Assembly (NCBI GenBank): GCA_902613705.1
Contig: CACMIG010000002.1
Coordinates: forward strand, 47,207 to 111,206
Direction of reading: 5' to 3'
DNA: 64,000 nucleotides
Source: an uncultured SAR86 cluster bacterium
Lineage (GTDB): Bacteria; Pseudomonadota; Gammaproteobacteria; Magnimaribacterales; D2472
The position numbers and the translations under genes are program-made. Positions 30,085-39,942 of this stretch are shown here, piece after piece; within the stretch, counting starts at the first letter, position 1, and each line of letters opens with the position of its first letter. A model generated the notes under the pieces. That model was given only the letters and a program-made list of their open reading frames with translations, searched no databases and was not told where the DNA came from.

Positions 30085-31404
30085 TTATCGACCCACTCCT
30101 TTATATTTAAAATTCATGGATTTTAATTCTTTAATATCATTTTGTGAAAAATATCTTCTTCCATCGTAAATAAATTTTTTTCCAATCATAAGTTCATTTA
30201 AATCTGATGGTTGTATTTCTTTTATATCATCATGGGCTGTTCCATATACAACGCAATTTGCCTCAGACAGACATTCTTGCCATGTGTCTGATTTTATAGC
30301 CTCAGATTGTGATAATGCCTCCTCGTCAATAGTTGAGTCATAAACATATATTTTTTTAGCTCCTTTTTTGAACAATTCTTCAATGAAATATTGCATTGGA
30401 GAAAATCTTATATCACCAGAATTTGTTTTAAAAGAGTAGCCCAATATAGCAATCTTAACATCTTCAAGATTAATATTATTTTTTGTAACGTAAAACTCAT
30501 TTATTAAATTTGCAGCATTTATTGGCATCTTATCGTTTACACTTCTGCTTGTTTTTGGTATTTCAAGGTCTAAACCATTATTTTTAGCTAGAGCAGACAC
30601 AAACCATGGATCTTTAGTTAAACAATAACCTCCAACTCCAATAGATGGCTGAAGAATATTTACGTGATGCAGACCTTTTTTTAGGGAGTTAGCGCCCTCA
30701 ATAATTTCAAGTATATCTAGATCATATGGAAGAGAGTCACACAACAAAGCTAATTCATTTGCCAAAGCAATATTTAAATCTATCCATTGATTATTTGCCA
30801 ATTTGACTAATTCTGCAGACTCACATGAAGACATTTTAATAACATCAACGCCAAGTGTAGCTTCCCAAAATTCGGAACATTTTTTAGTACTTTTCTCATC
30901 AACTCCTCCAACAATAATTGGTAGCTCGATTAATTCTTTTAAAGCATTTCCTTCAGCGAGTCTCTCGGGAGAAAATCCAACATAAACATTTTTTATATCC
31001 TTCAAAAAATTATCATACATTTGCCTTGTGACACCTGGAGGGACGGTACTTTTAAGCATAATGATTTGATTATCAATTACATTTTGAGAGAGTTGAGAAA
31101 ATACATTACTTATTGCATCCAGGTCTGCATCAAAGTTCTCAGACAAGGGTGTGCCAACTGTAACTAAAACAACTTCGCTCGTTGACACTTCCTCAAAATT
31201 ATGGGAACCCCTCAAGTTTCCATCTTTAACTTGCTGAGAAATTAGATCTTTTAATTGCGGTTCTGGAATATTACATTTTCCTAAATTTAAGTCATTGATT
31301 ACTTTCTCGTTAGTATCAATGGCAATAACTTTGTGCCCCATTTCAGAGAAAGTTGCACCAATTACAGCACCTATGTAACCAAATCCGATGATAGTAATTT
31401 TCAT
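30085..31404 (-). CDS. Nucleotide-sugar 6-dehydrogenase
   Basis: GFGYIG, KSTVPPG, FSPERLAEG, GVGGYCLTKDP. Confidence 0.9.
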   Translation of the reverse strand: MKITIIGFGYIGAVIGATFSEMGHKVIAIDTNEKVINDLNLGKCNIPEPQLKDLISQQVKDGNLRGSHNFEEVSTSEVVLVTVGTPLSENFDADLDAISNVFSQLSQNVIDNQIIMLKSTVPPGVTRQMYDNFLKDIKNVYVGFSPERLAEGNALKELIELPIIVGGVDEKSTKKCSEFWEATLGVDVIKMSSCESAELVKLANNQWIDLNIALANELALLCDSLPYDLDILEIIEGANSLKKGLHHVNILQPSIGVGGYCLTKDPWFVSALAKNNGLDLEIPKTSRSVNDKMPINAANLINEFYVTKNNINLEDVKIAILGYSFKTNSGDIRFSPMQYFIEELFKKGAKKIYVYDSTIDEEALSQSEAIKSDTWQECLSEANCVVYGTAHDDIKEIQPSDLNELMIGKKFIYDGRRYFSQNDIKELKSMNFKYKGVGR

Positions 31405-31463
31405 AAAATTTCACTCCAAGTTAAGGTAATCAAATCAATAATAACAAGATTGTATGATCAAAA

Positions 31464-33308
31464 TTATAAATCAAGAACTTCCTTCCAAGATGTCATATCT
31501 TGATCTAAATTAAAAAATTGAATATTTTGTTGATTTTCATTATTAAGTAAAGCTTCGTTTAAGGTTAGCTTTAAATTTTCTTCATCAGAAACAAATTTTA
31601 CATTTTTAACTCCTCTCAAAGGACTCATATCTAAATTTTCAAGATCTCTGACAGATATTATTGTTTTTCCAAGAGAATATGCTTCAACTGCAGCTGAGGA
31701 AACATTGCCAGTAAAAACTATATCTGCTTTTAAAATTAAGTTACCTATAAAAGAGTCCTCAATTTTTGCATTTATATTAACAATGTCCTCTGATTTTATA
31801 GGACAGGCTGGGTGGGGCTTTATTATTACATTAGTGCACTCAAGAATTCTAGATACTTTATTTGATTTCAAGAATGAAAGCATGAACATCGTATTGGATT
31901 TCAAATAATCACCTAAAACAAGCAATGTTTTTGTTTCGTTTTTTTCTGATTTCTCCTTCTTTGAGATTAAATTATTTAAGTATAAGTATCTCAATGACTC
32001 AACCTCTTGAATCTTATTATCTGGATAGCCAAATTTAATCATCATTGACTTATCATTAAGACCGTTTACCGCAAAATTGTCTGGAATAGGTTTTGAATAA
32101 ATCCCAGTATTTTGGTAATTTTTTATATCATTAAAATATCGCAGGTCCCAATATCTTATAGTTGAGTGAGCAAAACCGGTTAGCTTTCTTCTTTCCGACT
32201 TAAAAGATGAAATTAGACCTTGTTCCCATGAGTGATTTTCAGATAAATAAATTATCTTAGAATCTTCATCAGAAACGCTCTCTACTTCTTCAAAGAGTGC
32301 TAAATAAAACAAAGAGCTGACCATATCAGAGCTTAATAAAGACCTTGAAAAATCGTTTTTTAATAGTGGCCATAAAAAATCACTACCTTTCAATAACTCC
32401 TTCTTAGCTTTAGAAAATTTTGTAAGAATAATAAATATATCTTTTAAAGTTTTATAAATAACTTTTAAATTAAAAAATGATGAAATAATAATATGAGCGT
32501 GAGAACTATCTTTTTGACTTTTAAGTCTAAAAAAAATATTAAGAGTCTCATAAAATCTAAATCTCTTTGAGGGCAGGTATAACCAGTTAGTACAAACTTG
32601 TTTTTTTGCTAAATAGCTTGGTAACGGCCCCCAGAAAACATTATTAAATCTTTTATCTTTGGCATCATCCAAATTAACTGTAGAGAGGTATGAGACAAAA
32701 ATTAATTTTGAGTTTTTTAAATTCCAGCTTTTTTTTCCTAATAGCTTGAAAGGTATAGAAAAAAGAATTTCTCTTATCAGCCACAATGCACCCTTAAGTA
32801 AGTAAAATGCATTAAAAATATAGTCCTTTAAATTAAGATAATTTATTTTACTTGTATTTTTTGAAATTATTTTTATATTAATTTCTAGATTTTCGCACAA
32901 CAACTTAATCGAACTAAGAAGGTCTTTATTGTCGGATTTTACAACAACTTGTTTGCATTCATCATTTAAAAAAAATGATTTTAAAGCCATTAGTTTTAAA
33001 ATATTTGATATATTTGGGGACTTTGCCCAGTTATTTTTTTCAGCAATTGCAGTCATCCACCAAAAACTAAAATTATCTCTAATTTGTAATAAATCAATTA
33101 GAGATTCTCCGTAGTATCTTGAATTACCAAGATTATAAATAAAATGAAGGTATTCGGATTTTAATTGATCAGAATTAGATTCTAATATTTCAACAATTGA
33201 ATAAGATTCATTTGAAACTTCGTGAGATGTGCTCCAAAAAATAACTGAAAATTTTGAGTCTATTTTGGGCTTATCCTTACTATCCCAAATATAAATCAAT
33301 TTTTGCAA
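31464..33308 (-). CDS. Surface-carbohydrate biosynthesis protein, putative CMP-sugar transferase (TIGR04326/LIC13510-like)
   Basis: SFWWMT.IAEK.N, HSTIRYWDLRYF, VESLRY.YL, IKPHP, SSAAVEAY; TTG start with GGAG SD. Family assignment is from memory. Confidence 0.7.
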   Translation of the reverse strand: MQKLIYIWDSKDKPKIDSKFSVIFWSTSHEVSNESYSIVEILESNSDQLKSEYLHFIYNLGNSRYYGESLIDLLQIRDNFSFWWMTAIAEKNNWAKSPNISNILKLMALKSFFLNDECKQVVVKSDNKDLLSSIKLLCENLEINIKIISKNTSKINYLNLKDYIFNAFYLLKGALWLIREILFSIPFKLLGKKSWNLKNSKLIFVSYLSTVNLDDAKDKRFNNVFWGPLPSYLAKKQVCTNWLYLPSKRFRFYETLNIFFRLKSQKDSSHAHIIISSFFNLKVIYKTLKDIFIILTKFSKAKKELLKGSDFLWPLLKNDFSRSLLSSDMVSSLFYLALFEEVESVSDEDSKIIYLSENHSWEQGLISSFKSERRKLTGFAHSTIRYWDLRYFNDIKNYQNTGIYSKPIPDNFAVNGLNDKSMMIKFGYPDNKIQEVESLRYLYLNNLISKKEKSEKNETKTLLVLGDYLKSNTMFMLSFLKSNKVSRILECTNVIIKPHPACPIKSEDIVNINAKIEDSFIGNLILKADIVFTGNVSSAAVEAYSLGKTIISVRDLENLDMSPLRGVKNVKFVSDEENLKLTLNEALLNNENQQNIQFFNLDQDMTSWKEVLDL

Positions 33309-33338
33309 ACAAAACTCCGTTTATTGCTTAAAAAAAAT

Positions 33339-34082
33339 TTAATCATCTTTCATTAGGAATTGAACTTTCTCGAGATCTTCTTTGGTATCAACTGCTGATG
33401 TATTAAAACTGGTGTGTATCATTTTTACCTTGTAGCCATTTTCTAATATTCTCATCATGTCAACGGATTCAATAATTTCTAGAGAAGTTGGTTCCATATT
33501 TTGATAAGCAAACAAGAATTCTCTTCTGAACGGAATAATACATACCTGTTTTTTCATTGGCACTTTCTCGGATAAATGTCGAGTGGGAATTGGCTCACGA
33601 GAAAAGTACATAGCATTATTCTCTTTATCAAGTACAACTTTTATACAGTTTCTGTCTTCAAATTCTTCTTGTGAATTAATATCAGCAACTAAATTAACAA
33701 CATTAATGGAGCTATCATTAATCATAGGCTGAACTGCTTCTGATATCATAAGTGGATTTGTCATTGGCTCATCGCCCTGCACCATTATGATAATATCGTA
33801 TTGTATTTTATCTTGATCTTCTAAAATATTCAGTGCTTCAGCAGCTCTATCAGATGCTCTTTCATGATTCTTGCTTGTCATAACAGCTTGCCCACCAATA
33901 CTTTCAACATAGTCAAAAATAATATCATCGCAGGTTGCAACAATTGTTTTAGTGAGTAGCTCACACTTCTTAACCCTTTCATATACATGTCCAATCATAG
34001 GCTTATCATTAATTCTTGCCATAGGTTTACCTGGAAACCTTGAACTTCCCATTCTTGCTGGAATGATTGCTAATATATTCAT
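33339..34082 (-). CDS. KdsB-like CMP-ulosonate cytidylyltransferase
   Basis: IIPARMGSSRFPGKP, VQGDEP, MYFSREPIP, AVDT.EDL. Confidence 0.9.
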   Translation of the reverse strand: MNILAIIPARMGSSRFPGKPMARINDKPMIGHVYERVKKCELLTKTIVATCDDIIFDYVESIGGQAVMTSKNHERASDRAAEALNILEDQDKIQYDIIIMVQGDEPMTNPLMISEAVQPMINDSSINVVNLVADINSQEEFEDRNCIKVVLDKENNAMYFSREPIPTRHLSEKVPMKKQVCIIPFRREFLFAYQNMEPTSLEIIESVDMMRILENGYKVKMIHTSFNTSAVDTKEDLEKVQFLMKDD

Positions 34083-34100
34083 ACTCTAATCAAACTACTC

Positions 34101-35081
34101 TTAGTTTTTTTTACTAACAACCATGATATGCGAACTTGAGCATGTGTCTGTAATAGCTTTTTGCATTGAAAGCTTATCCTCCTCTGATGCTAACTTTAGA
34201 AAACTTTTCCAAAACTTATCTTCTATATGCATGCTACCATTGCTCATGATATCAATGTCTAATTTACCCGGAGTTGTAATTTCTAAAGAACTCAAACCAA
34301 CTCTATTTAAGAGAATAGGTATTGATTTTGGGTTTAAAAAATTTAAATGGTGTGGCGGAGATACTGACTTTGAATTGTTCCAAAGAGTTCTTATATCAAC
34401 ACCTGTCCCAGAAAGAGTTGTAAAAATAAATAAATCATTAGGCTCCATTACGTCATACAAACTTTTTAGAAATAGCTGAGGAGAATGTAGGTGTTCAAAT
34501 AGTTCAAAACTTACAAATACTTTTCTGCCATTTGGTAAATCAGTCTTAGTTACCGATTCTAAGAACTTCTCGATAACGGTCAAATTTTTGTCTCTACAGA
34601 TTTGAGCTAATCTAGGACCTGGCTCTATAACTACTGATTTCTTGTTGGTAAGAAGTTCTATTTCTTCACTAAAGATTCCATAACCTCCCCCAATATCAAC
34701 TACAACATAATCTTTGTCAGTCAACCATCGATCAATGGTTTTCTTAACAAGCTTTGCCTTTGGTTTCCATAAAAGCTCTCTTCTAGATTCAGCAGTTTCT
34801 TTATAGAAAGTAGTTGCCCAGTATTCAGCCGAAGGTGCTTCTGTGTAATATTTATCAAATGAGGACGCTATTGGTCTGGGATTTACAAATAAAGTTAAAC
34901 ATTCTTTGCATTCTTCATAATCAAATCCTGATTTATTAAATGAGAATTCGCCATCATTGCCGCAAGCAGGACATTTTATTGACTCTCTTTCACAGTTTCC
35001 AAAATATGTTTTAGTATCTTTTATCGTTAAAGCTAAATACTCATCAAATATATGTTGGGGTCTTATATCTTCTTCTTTCAT
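34101..35081 (-). CDS. Class I SAM-dependent methyltransferase with N-terminal zinc ribbon
   Basis: CPAC...CKEC, DIGGGYG, FELFEHL. Confidence 0.85.
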   Translation of the reverse strand: MKEEDIRPQHIFDEYLALTIKDTKTYFGNCERESIKCPACGNDGEFSFNKSGFDYEECKECLTLFVNPRPIASSFDKYYTEAPSAEYWATTFYKETAESRRELLWKPKAKLVKKTIDRWLTDKDYVVVDIGGGYGIFSEEIELLTNKKSVVIEPGPRLAQICRDKNLTVIEKFLESVTKTDLPNGRKVFVSFELFEHLHSPQLFLKSLYDVMEPNDLFIFTTLSGTGVDIRTLWNNSKSVSPPHHLNFLNPKSIPILLNRVGLSSLEITTPGKLDIDIMSNGSMHIEDKFWKSFLKLASEEDKLSMQKAITDTCSSSHIMVVSKKN

Positions 35082-35147
35082 TAAAATACCTAATTAAGGT
35101 ACTATTTTACAGTCTTTAATATTAAATTGAGAGAAATATGATTAATA

Positions 35148-35927
35148 TTATTTTTTTATAATTCTTTGATTGACATATATGACGTCAACCCAATCTGTTC
35201 TTCCGTTCATAGGGTTCTTAGAAATATGACTGATGTCATAAATACTGAAATTATATTCATGAAGGTATTTTTCAATATCTGAGAATGATAAGCTCTTTTC
35301 ATAAAAATCAAAAAACATGAGTTCTGTTAAAACTACATCTACGTTTCCTAGATGTTTTCCAAGGCCATCTAAAACCTCTACTTCATGGCCCTGAGTATCA
35401 ATTTTTAAAAAATCAATATGTGAATTTAAATTGAGAGATTCTATGTATTCGTCTAATCTAATGACCCTAACTTTCCTATTTTGGTTAAGTGAATTAATGT
35501 AATTTTGTACTTCAGCTTCACTCATTTGCTTAAGATTCTCTAGCTTTATTGAGTCACTACTATTTATATTTATTTTATTAAATCCTGATACGCCAGAGTT
35601 GATGTCATGAGTGTAAAAGGTTTGATTTTTTGAAGAAATATTACCTGCAGCGCACATGTTTATGTGTATTTTTCCTTTATTAAAATTTGATGCTGTTTCC
35701 TTTATACTTTCATAACACTCTTCTTGAGGTTCAAAGCAATGGATTGATGAATCTGGCCACCAACTTTTAAAATCATATATGGAACTACCATTATTAGAAC
35801 CAACATCAAAAATGCATGGATTATTTTTCTTTATCAGATTCTTTAAAGTTTTTTCAGTATCCCAATTATTTATATACTCAGAAGTACGTTTTTCATTTGA
35901 ACCTTGATTCTTGGGTATTATTTTCAT
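35148..35927 (-). CDS. FkbM-family methyltransferase
   Basis: FDVGSNNG, CFEP, FLKIDTQGHE. Confidence 0.9.
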   Translation of the reverse strand: MKIIPKNQGSNEKRTSEYINNWDTEKTLKNLIKKNNPCIFDVGSNNGSSIYDFKSWWPDSSIHCFEPQEECYESIKETASNFNKGKIHINMCAAGNISSKNQTFYTHDINSGVSGFNKININSSDSIKLENLKQMSEAEVQNYINSLNQNRKVRVIRLDEYIESLNLNSHIDFLKIDTQGHEVEVLDGLGKHLGNVDVVLTELMFFDFYEKSLSFSDIEKYLHEYNFSIYDISHISKNPMNGRTDWVDVIYVNQRIIKK

Positions 35928-35941
35928 AATTAATCGTGCAT

Positions 35942-36703
35942 CTAATTATCTTTATAATCTGCTTGCGATCTCAACATCACAGAATCCATAGAAAATGCAA
36001 TAAATTGATATCCTTCGTCTATGCGGGTTTGAAGTTCTTTATAGGAAGCTTCAACTATATGGATGCCTAATGGAATTTTTTTTGCTCTCGTTAAATTAAA
36101 AATTTTATCAATAGCATTTAAAAACTCGCTTGAATAAAATTGGGCTGTTTTACCAATAGATGCAGATAAATCATACGGCCCGATAATTACTGCGTCTAGT
36201 CCGTCTACATCAAGAATTTCATCAATATTCTCTATACCCTCGGTGGTTTCAATCATTGCTACTAATAATGGAGACTGAGCCTCATCTTGATATTCTTTAA
36301 ATCGACCGCCAAAGAGATTTGCTCTATTGAAAGCAACCCCTCTTTTACCGGATGGCGGCCAACAACAATTCTGACGAATGCTTTCAAGTTGAGAGGCAGA
36401 TTCTATCATTGGAACAATAACTCCGCCTGCTCCAGCATCTAAAGCCTCTTTGCAATCTTTTGGGCTTCCTTCAGATATTCTTACAAGTGGAAGTGTATTA
36501 CCAAGCTCTAATGCTCTAAATATATCAGGCAGTTGATGAAGAGACATTGAGCCATGCTCCATATCTACAGCAACCCAATCATAACCTGAAGAACCCATAA
36601 TTTCAGCAACAGAAGAGTTAGGTATTTGTATCCAGCTACCGACTGACTGATTGCCAGATTTTAATTTTTTTCTTATTGTTTCAATTGCTTTAGCTCTATT
36701 CAT
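35942..36703 (-). CDS. HpcH/HpaI-family class II pyruvate aldolase (second copy)
   Basis: DWVAVDMEHG, ALDAGAGGVIVPMI, MIE, IGPYDLSAS. Confidence 0.9.
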   Translation of the reverse strand: MNRAKAIETIRKKLKSGNQSVGSWIQIPNSSVAEIMGSSGYDWVAVDMEHGSMSLHQLPDIFRALELGNTLPLVRISEGSPKDCKEALDAGAGGVIVPMIESASQLESIRQNCCWPPSGKRGVAFNRANLFGGRFKEYQDEAQSPLLVAMIETTEGIENIDEILDVDGLDAVIIGPYDLSASIGKTAQFYSSEFLNAIDKIFNLTRAKKIPLGIHIVEASYKELQTRIDEGYQFIAFSMDSVMLRSQADYKDN

Positions 36704-36732
36704 AAGACACCATAAAATAATCGTAAAATCTA

Positions 36733-37608
36733 TTAATCTTTATGTCTATCACAATCTTTTATAATTTCTAAAAGCCCCTCACCAAGATCAATATATGTTT
36801 CAGGAATATATTTCTCTGCTAATTCAGGCTCATAATGGTATGGGGTTCTTATGTAATGACCTTCATATTCCTTGTTGCTAAATTTAATTGATGATTTAGG
36901 CAATCCAATGATTTCAGCGAGCATATTTAGTAAGTCAGTAATATTTGTTGGTTGATGTCCCGTTAAGATTAATCTCTTATTTTTAAATTTATTCTCTAAG
37001 GCTTCTACTGAAGCTAAGGCTGCATCTCTCACATGAATATACTCTCTTGAAGCATCTTTATCTCCCTCATATGTTAGGGTTGCATTTTTAACCGCGCCAG
37101 CAACAATTCTTTTCAAGCCATTTCTTGAATCTGCTCGAGGCCCATAAAGAGAGCCATATCTTAATATTGTGAAATCTAACCCAAAAGTTTGATGGTATTG
37201 TTCAATAAACATTTCAGCTACTTTTTTGCTACAACCATAAAATCCACCCTCTCTGCTATTGACATAAACAGAACTTGCATAAACAAATCTATCCACTTTG
37301 TTCTTAATGCATCCTTCTAAAATATGGCAATTACCTAATATATTTATATTTATTGATGAAATTGGCTCAGTTAAAGCCTCATTTAAATCAGAAAGTGCTG
37401 CAAAGTTATAAACAGCTGTAGCACCTTGGATTGTTTTTGAAACTAAATCAATGTCAGATAAATCACCAACTATCATTTCTTGATCAGAACGTAAATAAAC
37501 TGATGATTTTGCATCATAGATGATTACATTATATCCAGAATCTGAAAGTTGGTCTGCAACATGAGAACCCAGAAAACCACTTCCACCAAATACCACAACT
37601 TTTTTCAA
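36733..37608 (-). CDS. NAD-dependent epimerase/dehydratase
   Basis: GGSGFLGSH, YGCSK, RYGSLYGPR; probable TTG start at 37608 after GGAGG. Confidence 0.85.
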   Translation of the reverse strand: MKKVVVFGGSGFLGSHVADQLSDSGYNVIIYDAKSSVYLRSDQEMIVGDLSDIDLVSKTIQGATAVYNFAALSDLNEALTEPISSININILGNCHILEGCIKNKVDRFVYASSVYVNSREGGFYGCSKKVAEMFIEQYHQTFGLDFTILRYGSLYGPRADSRNGLKRIVAGAVKNATLTYEGDKDASREYIHVRDAALASVEALENKFKNKRLILTGHQPTNITDLLNMLAEIIGLPKSSIKFSNKEYEGHYIRTPYHYEPELAEKYIPETYIDLGEGLLEIIKDCDRHKD

Positions 37609-37612
37609 AAAA

Positions 37613-38593
37613 CTAAGCCTCCCTATGCATAGTATATTCTGAATCAGGAACAATATTCTTTAATTCACATCCAGAAAAATATCTTACCACTTCCTCAGTA
37701 GCCTCAATCTCCATTCGATTTCTACAATCTATAGACATAGACCCCATATGAGAAGTTAATAAACATGACTCTATTTCACTAAGGGTTCCATTATATGGTT
37801 CCTCATTAAAACAATCTATTGCTGCGCCACCAATTATCTTTGAATATAGCGCATTTTCTAAATCAGACTCGTTAATAATACCGCCTCTAGCAGTATTAAT
37901 TATTAGTGAATCATCTTTCATCATTTTTAATTCTTTTTCAGTAATCATATTCCTAGTCAAATCTGTTAATGGCACATGCAAAGATATAACATCTGACTCT
38001 TTATAGATTGTTTCTTTATCGACCCACTCTATTTGTAAATTTGGTGCTATATTTTCTTTTGGAGATATATCATTTACCAAAACACGTTTAGCTCCAAGAG
38101 CTGATAATCTTCTGAGAACCATACCTCCAATCCTTCCTGCACCAATAATTCCTATTGTTACCTCAGGAATTCTTCTGCCAAAAATACGCTCCCATTTCTT
38201 ATCATGCATCATTAAATTAGATATATGAACGCCCCTTAACAAAGTTAACATATTTCCAATTGCTAGTTCAGCAACCGCTGGCGCAGGAGCATCTGGTGTA
38301 TATGTAACAATTATATTCTTACTTTTTGCAGCGTTAAGATTAACACTATCAAGACCGACTCCTACTCGTGAAATAATCTTCAAATTAGTAGCGCTATTAA
38401 TAACTTCTTTATTAATCTCCTCAGTTCCAGCAATCACTGCATCATATTCTGGAATCATTTCTTGTAATTCATCTGAGGTGAGCTTTCTATCATATGGATT
38501 CATAGAATAGTTAAGATTTGCTTTGTCTAACATATCTAAAGCCAGCCTATTAGTTTTTGCAAAAGGTACAGTTGTTATTAGAACTTTCTTCAT
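37613..38593 (-). CDS. Phosphoglycerate-dehydrogenase-like D-2-hydroxyacid dehydrogenase (no ACT domain)
   Basis: SRVGVGLD, AVAEL, GAGRIG, INTARG, EEPY, TSHMG. Confidence 0.88.
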   Translation of the reverse strand: MKKVLITTVPFAKTNRLALDMLDKANLNYSMNPYDRKLTSDELQEMIPEYDAVIAGTEEINKEVINSATNLKIISRVGVGLDSVNLNAAKSKNIIVTYTPDAPAPAVAELAIGNMLTLLRGVHISNLMMHDKKWERIFGRRIPEVTIGIIGAGRIGGMVLRRLSALGAKRVLVNDISPKENIAPNLQIEWVDKETIYKESDVISLHVPLTDLTRNMITEKELKMMKDDSLIINTARGGIINESDLENALYSKIIGGAAIDCFNEEPYNGTLSEIESCLLTSHMGSMSIDCRNRMEIEATEEVVRYFSGCELKNIVPDSEYTMHREA

Positions 38594-39921
38594 TAAATAG
38601 CCCTAAGTGAATTATTTGAATTTAAATAATTTTCTGATGATAGCATACGTCTCTGCTCAAGAATATAATCTGGAAGAAGTATAATTGTTAAGATAATTAA
38701 TACTCCGAACATATTAAATATATCACTAAAGAAATAGATATTAAAAACTACATAGGTGTTCAGTAATAGTGCTAAGCCAAAACGATTTGAAAACTCAATT
38801 TCATTATTTTTTAATAGATTAAATAAAGGTTTGGTTACAAAGTATATAAAAACCCAATAAATGCTAAAACCAACCAAACCGTATACTTCTGTTACATTGC
38901 CAACAAGTCCAATATCTCTACACAAAGCTTTTTCACATTCTTGTGTGGACTGACCAAATATTGAAATGGCTTGAATTTGTCCATCGCCCATACTACTAAA
39001 TGCGCTCGCAACTCTGTTAAGCAAGAAACCATCAATTCCAGTTAAACTAATAATCAAATAAAAAGCTATAGGTAATATAAATATGGGTAATAAAAATATG
39101 CTTGTGGTATAAATTTTAGGTCCTATAAAACGAGTAATAACTAGGCCCGCTGAAATTATCAAAACAATTATTGCAGAGGCAGATGCTGAAGCTAGAAATG
39201 CTAGAGCGTGCATCAATAAAAAAAATCGTTTTGCTAAAGAATTTGTTTTTGACAATATTAACGAAGCAAATGTAATTAAGATTATTGAAGAAAAATACTT
39301 TGGTTCAGTTGAGAAAAAAATTGAGCGGTTAAACTTAAGTTCACCTATGTAAACATCGTATCCCCAAATACATCTTTCCATTAGTCCAAGGCCATATGGA
39401 TTTACAAAATCACAACCAAGCCATCTTGCCCACTCATCACCTTGAATTGCAACTTCAAATTTAGACAAGTCGCCACCATCAATTGTAAGGAGCAAAAATT
39501 GTTGAAGAACAACAATTAAAGAGATTAATCCACCCGCATACCCTATTATCTTAAAAATGAAATAAGAGTTGTATCTGACCATCAATGCCAAATTAATTAA
39601 TAAAATATATATTGAATATTTTAATGACGTAAAACCGTCTCCGAATATGAATTCATGTGCAGCAAAATATATTGCTAATATGATAGATACAACTATTAAT
39701 CTTCTGTGAGAATGACGAACGATTAAACGGCCTCTCAAAGCAAGAATATAAAATAAGAAAAATAAAGCTAATAAGATAAAGGGTATTGTTATTAATCCTG
39801 CATTTTGACTACCCCCTAAAATATAATGAGTAACTAACAAATTTCTATCAGATGAAAAAAGAATGACCACCACTAGCGCAACAAAGAACTTATCAACGTA
39901 GGTAAATTTAATATTATTCAT
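38593..39921 (-). CDS. Polytopic membrane protein, putative Wzy-like polymerase or O-glycan ligase
   Basis: About 10-12 hydrophobic segments, R...FSTEP loop motif, island context. Confidence 0.6.
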   Translation of the reverse strand: MNNIKFTYVDKFFVALVVVILFSSDRNLLVTHYILGGSQNAGLITIPFILLALFFLFYILALRGRLIVRHSHRRLIVVSIILAIYFAAHEFIFGDGFTSLKYSIYILLINLALMVRYNSYFIFKIIGYAGGLISLIVVLQQFLLLTIDGGDLSKFEVAIQGDEWARWLGCDFVNPYGLGLMERCIWGYDVYIGELKFNRSIFFSTEPKYFSSIILITFASLILSKTNSLAKRFFLLMHALAFLASASASAIIVLIISAGLVITRFIGPKIYTTSIFLLPIFILPIAFYLIISLTGIDGFLLNRVASAFSSMGDGQIQAISIFGQSTQECEKALCRDIGLVGNVTEVYGLVGFSIYWVFIYFVTKPLFNLLKNNEIEFSNRFGLALLLNTYVVFNIYFFSDIFNMFGVLIILTIILLPDYILEQRRMLSSENYLNSNNSLRAI

Positions 39922-39942
39922 CTATAAAACATTTAATGATAA

